Under the pieces are notes generated by a model that worked only from the letters and a program-made list of their open reading frames with translations, was not told where the DNA came from and searched no databases. A stretch of DNA of 64,000 nt from Gemmatimonadota bacterium (GTDB lineage: Bacteria; Gemmatimonadota; Gemmatimonadetes; Palauibacterales; Palauibacteraceae): positions 1,779-65,778 of the forward strand of contig JBHHZD010000009.1 in the NCBI GenBank assembly GCA_046757885.1. Reading direction: 5' to 3'. Of the stretch, positions 1-9,124 are shown piece by piece (the first letter of the stretch is position 1; each line of letters starts with the position of its first letter). Made by a program: the position numbers and the translations under genes.

Positions 1-1
1 C

Positions 2-814
2 CTCACGGCGGGCCTCGAGGGGGTGACGTTCGACCGGGGCGCACACACCGCGGCCTTCGACGGCGAGTCCTTCTGGGGCTCCGCCCAGTACGGGAGCCTA
101 CGGCGCAGCGCCCGGATGTGGAACTTCAACGTCTCCAACCAGGCCCTGAACCCCACCTTCCGGACGGACAACGGCTTCGAGACGCGCAACGACAGCCGCC
201 GCGTCTCGGCCTGGAACGGGCTGAGCTTCTGGCCGGAGGCGAGCGCCCTGTTCGACCAGATCCAGCCGAGCCTGTTCGCGAGCCGGACGTGGAACTTCGA
301 CGGCGTCCGCAAGCGGGACGCTCTCGAGCCCCAGATCTGGATGCAGCTGAAGGCCCAGACGGGCGTGAACTTCTGGTACGACTTCGGACGCGAGCGCTTC
401 CGGGACGTCGAGTTCGAGGGCATCCGCCGCTGGGGGCTGTTCGTGAACTCGCGCTTCTCCGATCCGGTGAAGCTCGGCTTCTTCCTGTCGCACGGGAAGT
501 CGATCGCGCGGAACCTGTCCACGCCGATCCTGGGCGACGGCACGGACGCGGAGATCTTCGCCACGTTCAAGCCGACGAACCGCCTCGTCATCGAGCCGTC
601 CGTGAACGTCTCGAGCCTCAGCCACCCGAACGGGGGACCCGAGATCTTCAGCGGATACATCCTGCGCACGCGCACGAATTTCCAGTTCCCGTTCACCCTG
701 TTCTTCGTCGGCTCGTCCCTCTCGTACCGGGACTTCGACGATCCGCGGGCCTCCGCGCTCACGCAGACGGGCCGCCAGGTCTTCGCGAAGTTCCAGTATC
801 TCCTGCGGATGTGA
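2..814 (+). CDS. C-terminal part of a large outer-membrane beta-barrel-type protein (5' end outside window)
   Basis: Frame is open from the window edge. Alternating aromatic/hydrophobic beta-strand pattern (NFWYDFG, GFFLSHG, TNFQFPF) and an aromatic-rich C-terminus ...FAKFQYLLRM. Family not assignable without a search. Confidence 0.55.
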   Translation, partial: LTAGLEGVTFDRGAHTAAFDGESFWGSAQYGSLRRSARMWNFNVSNQALNPTFRTDNGFETRNDSRRVSAWNGLSFWPEASALFDQIQPSLFASRTWNFDGVRKRDALEPQIWMQLKAQTGVNFWYDFGRERFRDVEFEGIRRWGLFVNSRFSDPVKLGFFLSHGKSIARNLSTPILGDGTDAEIFATFKPTNRLVIEPSVNVSSLSHPNGGPEIFSGYILRTRTNFQFPFTLFFVGSSLSYRDFDDPRASALTQTGRQVFAKFQYLLRM

Positions 815-1946
815 CCCCGGGGCGCACGTCCCGGATGACGACGGTCTCCGCGACCTTGTCGTGCAGGGCCTGGCGGTTGCGGTCCCACAGGACCTGGAGG
901 AAGCCGGTCAGGCCCGTGAACACGGACGCGGCGTAGCCACCGAAGCGCTCGAAGGCGATCCACCAGCTGATCGGCTTGCCATCGAGGCGCAGCACACGAA
1001 TGCCCAGGAGGCGCTTTCCCGGGGTCCGGCCGCGCCACAGGCCCGTGAAGAACGTGAAGTAGAGACCGGACCAGCCGATCCCGAGACCGAGCTCGTCGGC
1101 GAACTTCAGCGCCCGGCGGACGAATCCCTGCTTCCGCGCCTCTTCCGCCTCCCGCCTCGCGACCGCCGTCTCTTCGGCCAGCCGTTCGTTGCGCGCGGAC
1201 AGGCGCAGGATGTCCGCGTCCCGGTCCGCGAGCTCGGGCTCCGCCAGCACCTGCGCGAGCCGGGACCGGCTCTCCTCCGCGCCGGCGGAGTCGGCCGCCG
1301 CGCGAGCCCGCACGTAGACCGCCAGGAGGGAATCCAGGGACGGGGCCTCCGGCGCGTCCGCCTCGTTCTCCGCACGATCCAGGGCGGCCTCGATGGCTGC
1401 GGCACCGCCTCCCTCGACATCCCCGAGAGCCGTCCTCGCGTCCGCAGCGTCGATGCCCTTCTCTTCCAGCAGCCGGACGAGTCGATCGGCCGCTCCCGCG
1501 GCCGCCGCGGAGTCATCCCCCGAGCTCACGAGCCGCGCCACGTCGCTCAGCGCCATGCCGGCTTCCCCGATCGTGACGGGAACGGCCTCGCCTCGCGGAC
1601 CCGTGGCTTCCAGGATCACCCGATCCTGTCGGAAGAAGCGGCTCCCCCACATGACCGTCCCGGCCGTGAACAGCACGACCGCGCCGAGGCAACCGAACGT
1701 GGCGCGGGTCAGGCGGCCGAGGGTGCCCGTCTTTCCGCCCCGGATGGAGAGGCGAAAGAAGAAGACGCCGGCGGCGAGGGCGAGAAAGATCGCCGGCACG
1801 TTCGCCAGGAGGCCGATGAGGAGCAGGTCGAGCAGTATGGCCGCGAGCCGGCGCCACGGACGGGCCAGCGGAAGGCCCAACAGGTCCGGAGCCACCGAGA
1901 AGGCATCGGGCGTGATGATCTCGCGCGGATCGTTCTGGCGGGCCAT
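759..1946 (-). CDS. RDD-family membrane protein with long Ala/Glu/Asp-rich central insert
   Basis: ATG at 1946. TM segments at both ends. C-terminal RTPGKRLLGIRVLRLDG...ALHDKVAETVV fits the RDD-domain signature. The 3' end overlaps the previous gene convergently by 56 nt. Confidence 0.7.
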   Translation of the reverse strand: MARQNDPREIITPDAFSVAPDLLGLPLARPWRRLAAILLDLLLIGLLANVPAIFLALAAGVFFFRLSIRGGKTGTLGRLTRATFGCLGAVVLFTAGTVMWGSRFFRQDRVILEATGPRGEAVPVTIGEAGMALSDVARLVSSGDDSAAAAGAADRLVRLLEEKGIDAADARTALGDVEGGGAAAIEAALDRAENEADAPEAPSLDSLLAVYVRARAAADSAGAEESRSRLAQVLAEPELADRDADILRLSARNERLAEETAVARREAEEARKQGFVRRALKFADELGLGIGWSGLYFTFFTGLWRGRTPGKRLLGIRVLRLDGKPISWWIAFERFGGYAASVFTGLTGFLQVLWDRNRQALHDKVAETVVIRDVRPGVTSAGDTGTSRRPGGPSA

Positions 1947-2040
1947 GGGTCCCCCGGTCTTGGTCGGGGCGCGGGAGGATGCGCCTGCCCGAAGATCCCG
2001 CCCGTGGAGGAGCCACGCAACTCGGGTCTGGCCGCGAAGG

Positions 2041-2070
2041 AAAAGGGGCGGCCGCTCTCGCGCCCGCCCC
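2041..2070 (-). terminator. Intrinsic terminator downstream of the PDZ gene
   Basis: On the minus strand: GGGGCGG-N12-CCGCCCC (7-bp GC stem) followed directly by UUUU, starting 27 nt after the stop at 2097. Confidence 0.55.
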
Positions 2071-2096
2071 GGGTGTGCCGGCCCGCAGGGAGGCCG

Positions 2097-3245
2097 TCAG
2101 GTCAGGCTCACATCCTCCGACCGGGAGACCCGGCGCGGAACGGTCGGGGCGGCGTTCGGATTCGCCCGAATCAGGCGATCCTCCAGGCGCTCCATCACGG
2201 GCCCGAACCGGAAGTCGAAGGCCGGCTCGAAGTCGAAGTCCATGTCGAGGTCGAGCCCGGGCGCCTCCACCGGACCGAAGTGAAACTCGTTCGGGCCGAA
2301 CTCCACATCGGGCGCGTAGAAGAGGCCGTGCTCCTCTCCGTCCTCGTCGCTCCAGCGGAGTCCCTTGCTCTCGGGCAGGTCCACCGTCAGCGTCCGCTCC
2401 CGCCTGTCGCGGAGGATCTTCACCTCGATCGGCCCCTCATCGGCCTTGCCCACGATTCGCATCACGTCGCCGGGATCCTCGATCTCATCGCCGCCGATGG
2501 AGAGGATCACGTCGCCGGCCTTCAGGCCCGCGTCTTCCGCCGCCGAGCCGTCCGCCACGGACGTCACGAGAACGCCGCTGCGATCTCCGAGGCCGAAGTA
2601 CGCCCCCAGCTGATCACCGAGCGTCTGGATGGCGACGCCCATGCGACCGCGCCCTCCGAACGCCATGTAGGTCATGAAGCCGTTCTCGCCCGGCCGGGCG
2701 AGCACGCGCAGGCTGCGCTGCAGGCGCGGACCCAGCTCCCTGAGTCGATCGCGGATTCTGCCCGTCTCCACGGTCGGCGCGAAGGAGAACAGCCCGCGCG
2801 CGCCCTCGCCTTCGCCCAGCTTCACCGACACGTCCCGCGCGCGTCCGTCACGGAACACCCGCAGGGAGACCGTCCGGCCCGCGGGCGTCTCGGCCAGGTG
2901 TCGCCGAAGCGATGCCGTTCCCTCGATCGTCTCGCCGTTCCAGGCCATGATGACGTCGTCTTCCTCCAGCCCCGCATCCGCCGCGGGTGAATCCTCGGCG
3001 ACCTCGTCGACGAGCACGCCGCGCTCCGCCGGCAGGTGGAGACGATCGACCGCGTCCCGGTCGACTTCGTCGATGTAGACTCCGAGGAAGCTCCCGCCGG
3101 ATCCCGACATCACGAAGGGCGGCGCCCGGTGATGCGCCCGGTCCTTCCCGTCGGTCTTCTCCTGCGCGGACACGGACCCGGCGGCCGCCACGATCCCTCC
3201 CAGCGTCAACACGGCCAGGACGACCGCAATCAGCCTCTTGTTCAT
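2097..3245 (-). CDS. Secreted protein with two PDZ domains and an acidic Asp/Phe-rich tail
   Basis: ATG at 3245 with AAGGAGGAG upstream. Signal peptide MNKRLIAVVLAVLTLGGIVAAAGSVSA. Two PDZ-like segments (GVLVDEVAEDSPAADAGLEEDDVI..., GVLVTSVADGSAAEDAGLKAGDVILSIGG). No protease domain. Confidence 0.8.
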   Translation of the reverse strand: MNKRLIAVVLAVLTLGGIVAAAGSVSAQEKTDGKDRAHHRAPPFVMSGSGGSFLGVYIDEVDRDAVDRLHLPAERGVLVDEVAEDSPAADAGLEEDDVIMAWNGETIEGTASLRRHLAETPAGRTVSLRVFRDGRARDVSVKLGEGEGARGLFSFAPTVETGRIRDRLRELGPRLQRSLRVLARPGENGFMTYMAFGGRGRMGVAIQTLGDQLGAYFGLGDRSGVLVTSVADGSAAEDAGLKAGDVILSIGGDEIEDPGDVMRIVGKADEGPIEVKILRDRRERTLTVDLPESKGLRWSDEDGEEHGLFYAPDVEFGPNEFHFGPVEAPGLDLDMDFDFEPAFDFRFGPVMERLEDRLIRANPNAAPTVPRRVSRSEDVSLT

Positions 3246-3338
3246 CGTCTGCTCCTCCTTGCTCTCCCGTGGGTCCCGTCCGGGACCTCCCGTCTCGCTG
3301 TGTACGACACCCGGGTGGGTGCGGAGCGTTGCCCGCGC

Positions 3339-4229
3339 TCAGGGGACGACGAAGGACAGGACTCCCGGGAGGACCTCGAGGGAGAGGGGCGCCGGGGGGA
3401 GGGTCTCGCCGTCCACGTTCATCCACATGGGAGGATCCGCCTCCACGGACACGGATCGGCCCGTCCGGTGGATGACGGCCGGATGCGCCAGCTGCCGTCC
3501 GGCGAGCACCCGGGGCAGCAGCGAGGCGAAGCGCCATGGGGTGAGCGGGGGCAGGATCACGAGGTCCAGGCGACCGTCGTGCGGGCTCGCCCGCGGTGCC
3601 AGCGGCAGGCGTCCGCCGGCAAACCGTCCGTTCGCGACGACGACCATGGACGCGCGCTCCGCGATGGCCTCGCCGTCGATGCGGATCTTCACCTCGTGCG
3701 CGACCGCGTCCGCGAGCTCGTCCAGGGCGGCCCTGAGGTAGGAGAAGCGGCCCCAGCGCCGTCGTCTGGCCGGCGGCAGCCGGTCGGAGATCCGTCCGCA
3801 GAAGCCCAGGATCGCGGCGTTCGCGAACGCCCGCACCTCGACGGGACCCTCGCCGTCCCTTCCCCTGCGAAGCCGAACGACGTCCATGGGGCGGGTGCGT
3901 CCGCGCGCCAGGATCTCCAGCGCCCGATCGGGTCGGCTCGGGATCCCGAGGCCGTGGGCGAGGTCGTTGCCCGTCCCCAGCGGGAGAACACCGACGGCCG
4001 GTCGGCTCTCCTCCTCGACCGGCAGGAGCCCGTTCACCACCTCGGAGACCGTTCCGTCCCCGCCGGCGGCCACGATGATCGCGTGATCGTGTGCCGCCTC
4101 GCGTGCGAGGCGCGTGACGTCGCCCGGCCCCACGCTCAGGCGCACCCCGATCCCCCGCGCCTCGAGAAGCCCGCGAACGCGAGCGGCGGCCCCGCCGCCT
4201 CCGGCCGCGGGATTCAGGATCACCTCCAG
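3339..4229 (-). CDS. Diacylglycerol-kinase-family lipid kinase (YegS/DagK-like)
   Basis: ILNPAAGGG N-terminus, GGDGT motif (AAGGDGTVSEVVNGL), LPLGTGNDLA. The ORF-track start at 4646 would overlap the upstream gene by 400 nt. In-frame Val codons near 4250-4380 are GTA, so the start is probably the CTG at 4229 or remains unresolved. Confidence 0.75.
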   Translation of the reverse strand: MEVILNPAAGGGGAAARVRGLLEARGIGVRLSVGPGDVTRLAREAAHDHAIIVAAGGDGTVSEVVNGLLPVEEESRPAVGVLPLGTGNDLAHGLGIPSRPDRALEILARGRTRPMDVVRLRRGRDGEGPVEVRAFANAAILGFCGRISDRLPPARRRRWGRFSYLRAALDELADAVAHEVKIRIDGEAIAERASMVVVANGRFAGGRLPLAPRASPHDGRLDLVILPPLTPWRFASLLPRVLAGRQLAHPAVIHRTGRSVSVEADPPMWMNVDGETLPPAPLSLEVLPGVLSFVVP

Positions 4230-4246
4230 GTCGGAGGCCCGGCGGC

Positions 4247-5869
4247 CTACAGGCGGTCCGTCAGCCAATCCGCGATGTCGTCGAGAACGCGTGGAGGCAT
4301 CGCCCGTGTCGGAAGGCGGGGATACCCGGCCGGATCCCCGTCCGGGTCTTCCAGGAAGAGGTGGTTCAGCTCCGGATACACCCGCAGGGTCACGTCCGGG
4401 TTGCCCGCCTCCCGCATCGCCGCCGCGAGCTCGCGACCCTGCTCGACCGTGACCTGCCTGTCCGTCGCTCCGTGCAGGACGAGGACGGGCACCCGGACGC
4501 GCCGGGCCGCCGGAAGCGGATCGTAGTCGAGAAAGTACCGGATCCACGGCCGGTCCCGAGCCATCGAGTCGAGACGCGCCATCGAGGCCTCCAGCAGCGA
4601 GTCCCGCGCGGCCTCGGGCACCTTCGCATCGTTTTCGATCACCCACCGGTTCTGGTAGCGCAGGATGCCGCGTCCCGTGCGGGACGGGCCGGCCATGATC
4701 ACGATCGCCGCGATGCCGGGATCGGCCGCGGCCACCATGGGAGCGATGATGCCCCCCTCGCTGTGGCCGAGCAGTCCGATCCTCGTGGCATCGATGTCGT
4801 CCCTTCCCCGAAGGTAGGCGACCGCCGTCTCGATGTCCCGGGCCAGATCTTCCGTCGTCGCTTCCCCGAGGCTCCCGGTCGAGCCGCCGATGCCCCGGTC
4901 GTCGAGGCGGAGCACGGCGATGCCCCGGCGGGACAGCGCGTCCGCGATCTGTCGAAAGGGCGTGTATCCGGCGACGAACCGGATCCTCTCATCGCGATCC
5001 TGGGCCCCGGAGCCGGTGATGAGAACGACCGCGGGCAGCGGTCCTTCCCGATCGGACGGCCGGGTCAGGGTCCCCGCGAGCTCGTGCCCCGCCGGGACGG
5101 GGATTCTCACCTCTTGCGCGTCGTACGGGGCGTCCGCGGGGGCCGAATAATCCGGCGGATGCTCCGACAGCGCGTCCGGCGATGGCGCCTCGATCCGCTC
5201 GACCCGAACGCCCTGCGACGGCACCGTGGCGCCGAGTAGACGACCGCTCCCATCCAGGGCGGCCCGGAGCTCGGTGCCACCCGTTACGACGGCGATGGAA
5301 TCTCCGCTCAGGCGATGAATCTCCGCCGGTAGAGTCGCTCCGTTGGAGAGCAGGAACAGGGGCACCGTGTCCCGGCCCGCCCGCAGCGCGAACCGGATCA
5401 CGTGCTCGACGAGAGCGAAGGACAGGTTCAGGAACGGGACGGCGCCCTCCGAGGTGGGCAGACGCTGGTGGGGAGGCGCGTTCCCACCCTCGAGTTCCAC
5501 GAAGGCACTGTCGCCCGCCAGCCGCGTCGTCGTCCGGATGCGCGGTTCCGATCCGGCCGGGGCGCTGAGGGTCCTGATGTCCGCCTCGAACGAGGTCGCA
5601 CGGAGATCCGGATCGAACGCGAGGCGATACGTGTAGCGGGTGCCCGTCGTGCGGTCGGCGAGCTCGCCCCGGAGCGCGCCGGGCAGCGAGGAGAAGCTCT
5701 CGACCGCGATCGTGTCGGAGCCGAGGCGAACCAGGAAGCCCTCCGCCGGCGACCACTCCTGAGCGACGGAGACCGCGGGCCTGAGCGCCGCCACCGCCAC
5801 GGTGGCGAGGATCGCTCCGCACCGGACGATGCGGCCGGGAGCGTCCGGCTGCCGATTCTTGCGGGACAT
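4247..5869 (-). CDS. Secreted alpha/beta hydrolase with N-terminal non-catalytic domain
   Basis: ATG at 5869 preceded by GGAGGTGG. Signal-like AILATVAVAALRPAVSVAQE. GHSEGG nucleophile elbow. C-terminal LVLHGATD...NHLF context. Confidence 0.8.
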   Translation of the reverse strand: MSRKNRQPDAPGRIVRCGAILATVAVAALRPAVSVAQEWSPAEGFLVRLGSDTIAVESFSSLPGALRGELADRTTGTRYTYRLAFDPDLRATSFEADIRTLSAPAGSEPRIRTTTRLAGDSAFVELEGGNAPPHQRLPTSEGAVPFLNLSFALVEHVIRFALRAGRDTVPLFLLSNGATLPAEIHRLSGDSIAVVTGGTELRAALDGSGRLLGATVPSQGVRVERIEAPSPDALSEHPPDYSAPADAPYDAQEVRIPVPAGHELAGTLTRPSDREGPLPAVVLITGSGAQDRDERIRFVAGYTPFRQIADALSRRGIAVLRLDDRGIGGSTGSLGEATTEDLARDIETAVAYLRGRDDIDATRIGLLGHSEGGIIAPMVAAADPGIAAIVIMAGPSRTGRGILRYQNRWVIENDAKVPEAARDSLLEASMARLDSMARDRPWIRYFLDYDPLPAARRVRVPVLVLHGATDRQVTVEQGRELAAAMREAGNPDVTLRVYPELNHLFLEDPDGDPAGYPRLPTRAMPPRVLDDIADWLTDRL

Positions 5870-5904
5870 GGCCACCTCCGACCCCGTCGAAAGCACGTCG
5901 CCGG

Positions 5905-5952
5905 ATATTTAGACAATGATCAAAATATTGCCGGCGGCCGGCCCCGTGTCAA
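5905..5952 (-). promoter_or_regulatory. Sigma70-type promoter for the hydrolase gene, with downstream TCTAAATAT element
   Basis: Minus strand reads TTGACA (5952-5947), a 17-nt spacer, AATATT (5929-5924), 10 nt, then TCTAAATAT (5913-5905). This lies about 40-80 nt upstream of the ATG at 5869. Confidence 0.45.
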
Positions 5953-6070
5953 CCGGCACCGGGTCCGGATCTTGCTTCCCTTCCCACCTCACACCCGCGG
6001 GGGCGACGGGCCGGACGCGGCCGCTGCCGGCGGGAACGTGGCGGATCAAGTCGGGGGTTGCAACCGAAAA

Positions 6071-6086
6071 TCATTATCGATATTGA
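6071..6086. promoter_or_regulatory. Near-perfect 16-bp palindrome upstream of aceB (candidate operator, Fur-box-like half)
   Basis: TCATTATCGATATTGA, with 7 of 8 symmetric pairs, about 95 nt upstream of the aceB ATG. GAAAATCATTATC matches 12/13 of the 3' part of the E. coli Fur consensus. Confidence 0.3.
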
Positions 6087-6181
6087 CGATACGGAGCCGA
6101 CGCATGGGGGCGGCGAGCGCACGACTCGCCCTCGAGAGGCCGGCGAGCCGGGCCTCTGGTGAGCCGTGGGGAGAATCCGAC

Positions 6182-7795
6182 ATGTCCGATCTGGAAGCCG
6201 CGATGGAAGGGATGGCGGGCGTCGCCGTGACCGGCACGCGCGGGGAGGCCACGGAGCTCGTGCTGGAGCCCGGGGCGCTCGGCTTCGTGGCGGATCTCAC
6301 GCGTGCGTTCCGGCCCCGGATTCGAGACGCCCTCGCGGCGCGCGACCGGCGACGCGCCGCCCTCGCGAAGGGCGGGACGCTCGACTTCCTCGAGGAGACC
6401 CGGGACCTGCGGGAATCCGATTGGTCGATCGCCCCCGTCCCCGCCGACCTCGAGCGGCGGATCGTCGAGATCACGGGCCCGGTGGACCGGAAGATGATCA
6501 TCAACGCCCTGAACTCCGGCGCCGACGTGTTCATGGCGGACTTCGAGGATGCGAACTCGCCGACGTGGGCCAACATCGTCGAGGGCCAGCGGAACCTCCG
6601 GGACGCCGTGCGGGGCGAGATCGAGTACGATGACCCGCGCACCGGCAAGCCCTACCGACTCGCGGAGCAGACCGCCACGCTGTTCGTGCGACCGCGGGGC
6701 CTTCACCTCCTCGAGCGCCACGTGACCGTGGAGGGTGACCCGGTGCCGGCCGCCCTGTTCGACTTCGGGGTCTTCTTCTTCCACAACGCGTCGGAGCAGT
6801 TGCGGCGCGGCACGGGCCCCTATTTCTACCTCCCGAAGCTCGAGAGCCATCGGGAGGCCACGATCTGGAACGACGTCTTCCTGCGCGCGCAGGACGCGCT
6901 CGGCCTCCCGCGGGGCACGATCAAGGCGACCGTCCTCATCGAGACGCTTCCGGCCGCCTTCGAGATGGACGAGATCCTCCACGCCCTGCGGGAACACTCC
7001 GCCGGCCTCAACTGCGGGCGATGGGACTACATCTTCAGCTTCATCAAGACCGTGCGAGACGACCCCGCGGCCGTGCTGCCGGATCGATCCCAGGTCACGA
7101 TGGAGCAGCCGTGCCTGCGCGCCTACACCCAGCTGGCCGTGCGAACCTGCCATCGGCGGGGTGCGCACGCGATCGGCGGCATGGCCGCGCAGATTCCGAT
7201 CCGGTCCGACCCGGAGGCCAATCGCGTCGCCCTCGAGAAGGTTCGGGCGGACAAGCTCCGGGAGGTCCGCGACGGACACGATGGGACCTGGGTCGCCCAT
7301 CCGGGCCTCGTTCCGGTCGCACGGGAAGTCTTCGAGTCTCACATGGAAGGCCCGAACCAGCTTCACCGCATGCGGGAGGACGTCCTCGTGAGCGCGGAGG
7401 ACCTCCTCCGCCTGCCGGAAGGGACACGAACCGAGCGCGGCCTGCGCTGGAATGTCCGGGTGGGCGTCCAGTACCTGGAGGCGTGGCTCCGGGGATCCGG
7501 CTGCGTCCCCCTGTACCACCTCATGGAGGACGCGGCGACGGCGGAGATCTCCCGCGCCCAGGTGTGGCAGTGGATTCGGCACGGCGCCACGCTGGAAGAC
7601 GGCCGGGTCGTCACCCCGGAGCTCCTGCGCACCGTCCTCCGGGAGGAGCTCGCGTCGATTCGGGAAGAGATCGGCGAGGAGCGCATGGCATCCGGCCGCT
7701 TCGAAGAGGCCGCGCACCTGTTCGCGCGTCTCAGCGAGTCGAGGGAGCTCGTCGAGTTCCTCACGATCCCCGCCTACGAGCAACTCGAGAGCTGA
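6182..7795 (+). CDS. aceB: Malate synthase A
   Basis: ATG at 6182, 537 aa. Motifs [22 protein letters not shown] and AHPGLVPVA are typical of malate synthase A. The upstream part of the 797-aa ORF is a shadow extension. Confidence 0.95.
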   Translation: MSDLEAAMEGMAGVAVTGTRGEATELVLEPGALGFVADLTRAFRPRIRDALAARDRRRAALAKGGTLDFLEETRDLRESDWSIAPVPADLERRIVEITGPVDRKMIINALNSGADVFMADFEDANSPTWANIVEGQRNLRDAVRGEIEYDDPRTGKPYRLAEQTATLFVRPRGLHLLERHVTVEGDPVPAALFDFGVFFFHNASEQLRRGTGPYFYLPKLESHREATIWNDVFLRAQDALGLPRGTIKATVLIETLPAAFEMDEILHALREHSAGLNCGRWDYIFSFIKTVRDDPAAVLPDRSQVTMEQPCLRAYTQLAVRTCHRRGAHAIGGMAAQIPIRSDPEANRVALEKVRADKLREVRDGHDGTWVAHPGLVPVAREVFESHMEGPNQLHRMREDVLVSAEDLLRLPEGTRTERGLRWNVRVGVQYLEAWLRGSGCVPLYHLMEDAATAEISRAQVWQWIRHGATLEDGRVVTPELLRTVLREELASIREEIGEERMASGRFEEAAHLFARLSESRELVEFLTIPAYEQLES

Positions 7796-7832
7796 CGAGC
7801 GGGCGGCGCCCGCCAGGCAAGGAGGCATCACC

Positions 7833-9110
7833 ATGGCCAGGATGGTCACCACTCCCCAGCGCCGAAGCGGCGCGGCCCCCGCCGGCCGCTGGGCCGGCGT
7901 CGTCCGCCCGTACGGCGAGGACGACGTGGCGCGACTCCGATGCTCCGTGCGCATCGAGCACACGCTCGCACGGGTCGGAGCGCAGCGGCTGTGGCAGCTC
8001 CTCACGACGCGGGAGGTCGTGCCGGCGCTGGGCGCCCTGACCGGGAATCAGGCGGTCCAGCAGGTGCGAGCGGGCCTGCCGGCAATCTACGTGAGCGGGT
8101 GGCAGGTCGCGGCCGACGCGAACCTGTCCGGACACACCTACCCGGACCAGAGCCTCTACCCGGCCGACAGCGTCCCGAAGCTCGTCCGCCGCATCAACCA
8201 GGCCCTCATCCGCGCCGACGAGATCGTCCAGGCCGAGGGCAGAAGGAACGGACGATACTGGCTCGCGCCGATCGTGGCCGACGCCGAGGCCGGGTTCGGA
8301 GGCCCGCTGAACGCTTTCGAGCTCATGAAGGCGATGATCGAGGCGGGCGCGGCCGCCGTGCATTTCGAGGACCAGGTCTCGGCGGAGAAGAAGTGCGGCC
8401 ACCTGGGCGGCAAAGTTCTCGTTCCCACCGCGCAGTTCATCCGCACCCTCGTCGCCGCCCGTCTCGCGGCGGACGTGCTCGACGTCCCGACCCTCCTCGT
8501 GGCCCGGACGGACGCCAACAGCGCCCGGCTCATCATGAGCGACTCCGACCCGGCGGATGCCCCGTTCCTGACGGGCGAGCGGACGCCCGAAGGGTTCTTC
8601 CGGCTCCGCGGAGGCCTCGACTGCGCGATCGCGCGCGGGCTGGCCTACGCGCCGTATGCGGACCTTCTCTGGTGCGAGACGTCCACGCCCGACCTGGCGG
8701 AGGCAAAGCGCTTCGCCGAGGCGATCCACGCCGAGCACCCGGGAAAGTTGCTCGCCTACAACTGCTCGCCGTCCTTCAACTGGCGCAAGAACCTGGATGA
8801 CGCGACGATCTCGCGCTTTCGGCGTGAGCTCGGCGCGATGGGGTACCGCTTCCAGTTCGTCACCCTGGCAGGCTTCCACGCCCTGAACTACGGCATGTTC
8901 GAGCTCGCGCGCGCCTACCGGGAGCACGGGATGGCCGCGTACTCCGCCTTTCAGCAGGCCGAGTTCGAGGCGGAGCGCTTCGGGTACACGGCCACCCGGC
9001 ACCAGAGGGAGGTCGGGACCGGCTACTTCGACCAGGTGAAGGAGGTCATCACGGGCGGGCTCACGGACACTCTGGCTCTCGAGGGCTCGACCGAGGCCGA
9101 GCAGTTCTGA
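7833..9110 (+). CDS. aceA: Isocitrate lyase
   Basis: ATG at 7833 with AGGAGG 9 nt upstream, 425 aa. KKCGHLGGK catalytic loop and [10 protein letters not shown] motif. Lies 37 nt after aceB. Confidence 0.95.
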   Translation: MARMVTTPQRRSGAAPAGRWAGVVRPYGEDDVARLRCSVRIEHTLARVGAQRLWQLLTTREVVPALGALTGNQAVQQVRAGLPAIYVSGWQVAADANLSGHTYPDQSLYPADSVPKLVRRINQALIRADEIVQAEGRRNGRYWLAPIVADAEAGFGGPLNAFELMKAMIEAGAAAVHFEDQVSAEKKCGHLGGKVLVPTAQFIRTLVAARLAADVLDVPTLLVARTDANSARLIMSDSDPADAPFLTGERTPEGFFRLRGGLDCAIARGLAYAPYADLLWCETSTPDLAEAKRFAEAIHAEHPGKLLAYNCSPSFNWRKNLDDATISRFRRELGAMGYRFQFVTLAGFHALNYGMFELARAYREHGMAAYSAFQQAEFEAERFGYTATRHQREVGTGYFDQVKEVITGGLTDTLALEGSTEAEQF

Positions 9111-9124
9111 CGCGGCAGCGTCGG

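Noticed and set aside
5402-6181. 5' extension of the malate synthase ORF (797 aa in the track)
   Set aside because: The extension overlaps the minus-strand hydrolase gene and the divergent promoter region and has a low-complexity Arg/Gly-rich sequence. Malate synthase homology begins at the ATG at 6182.
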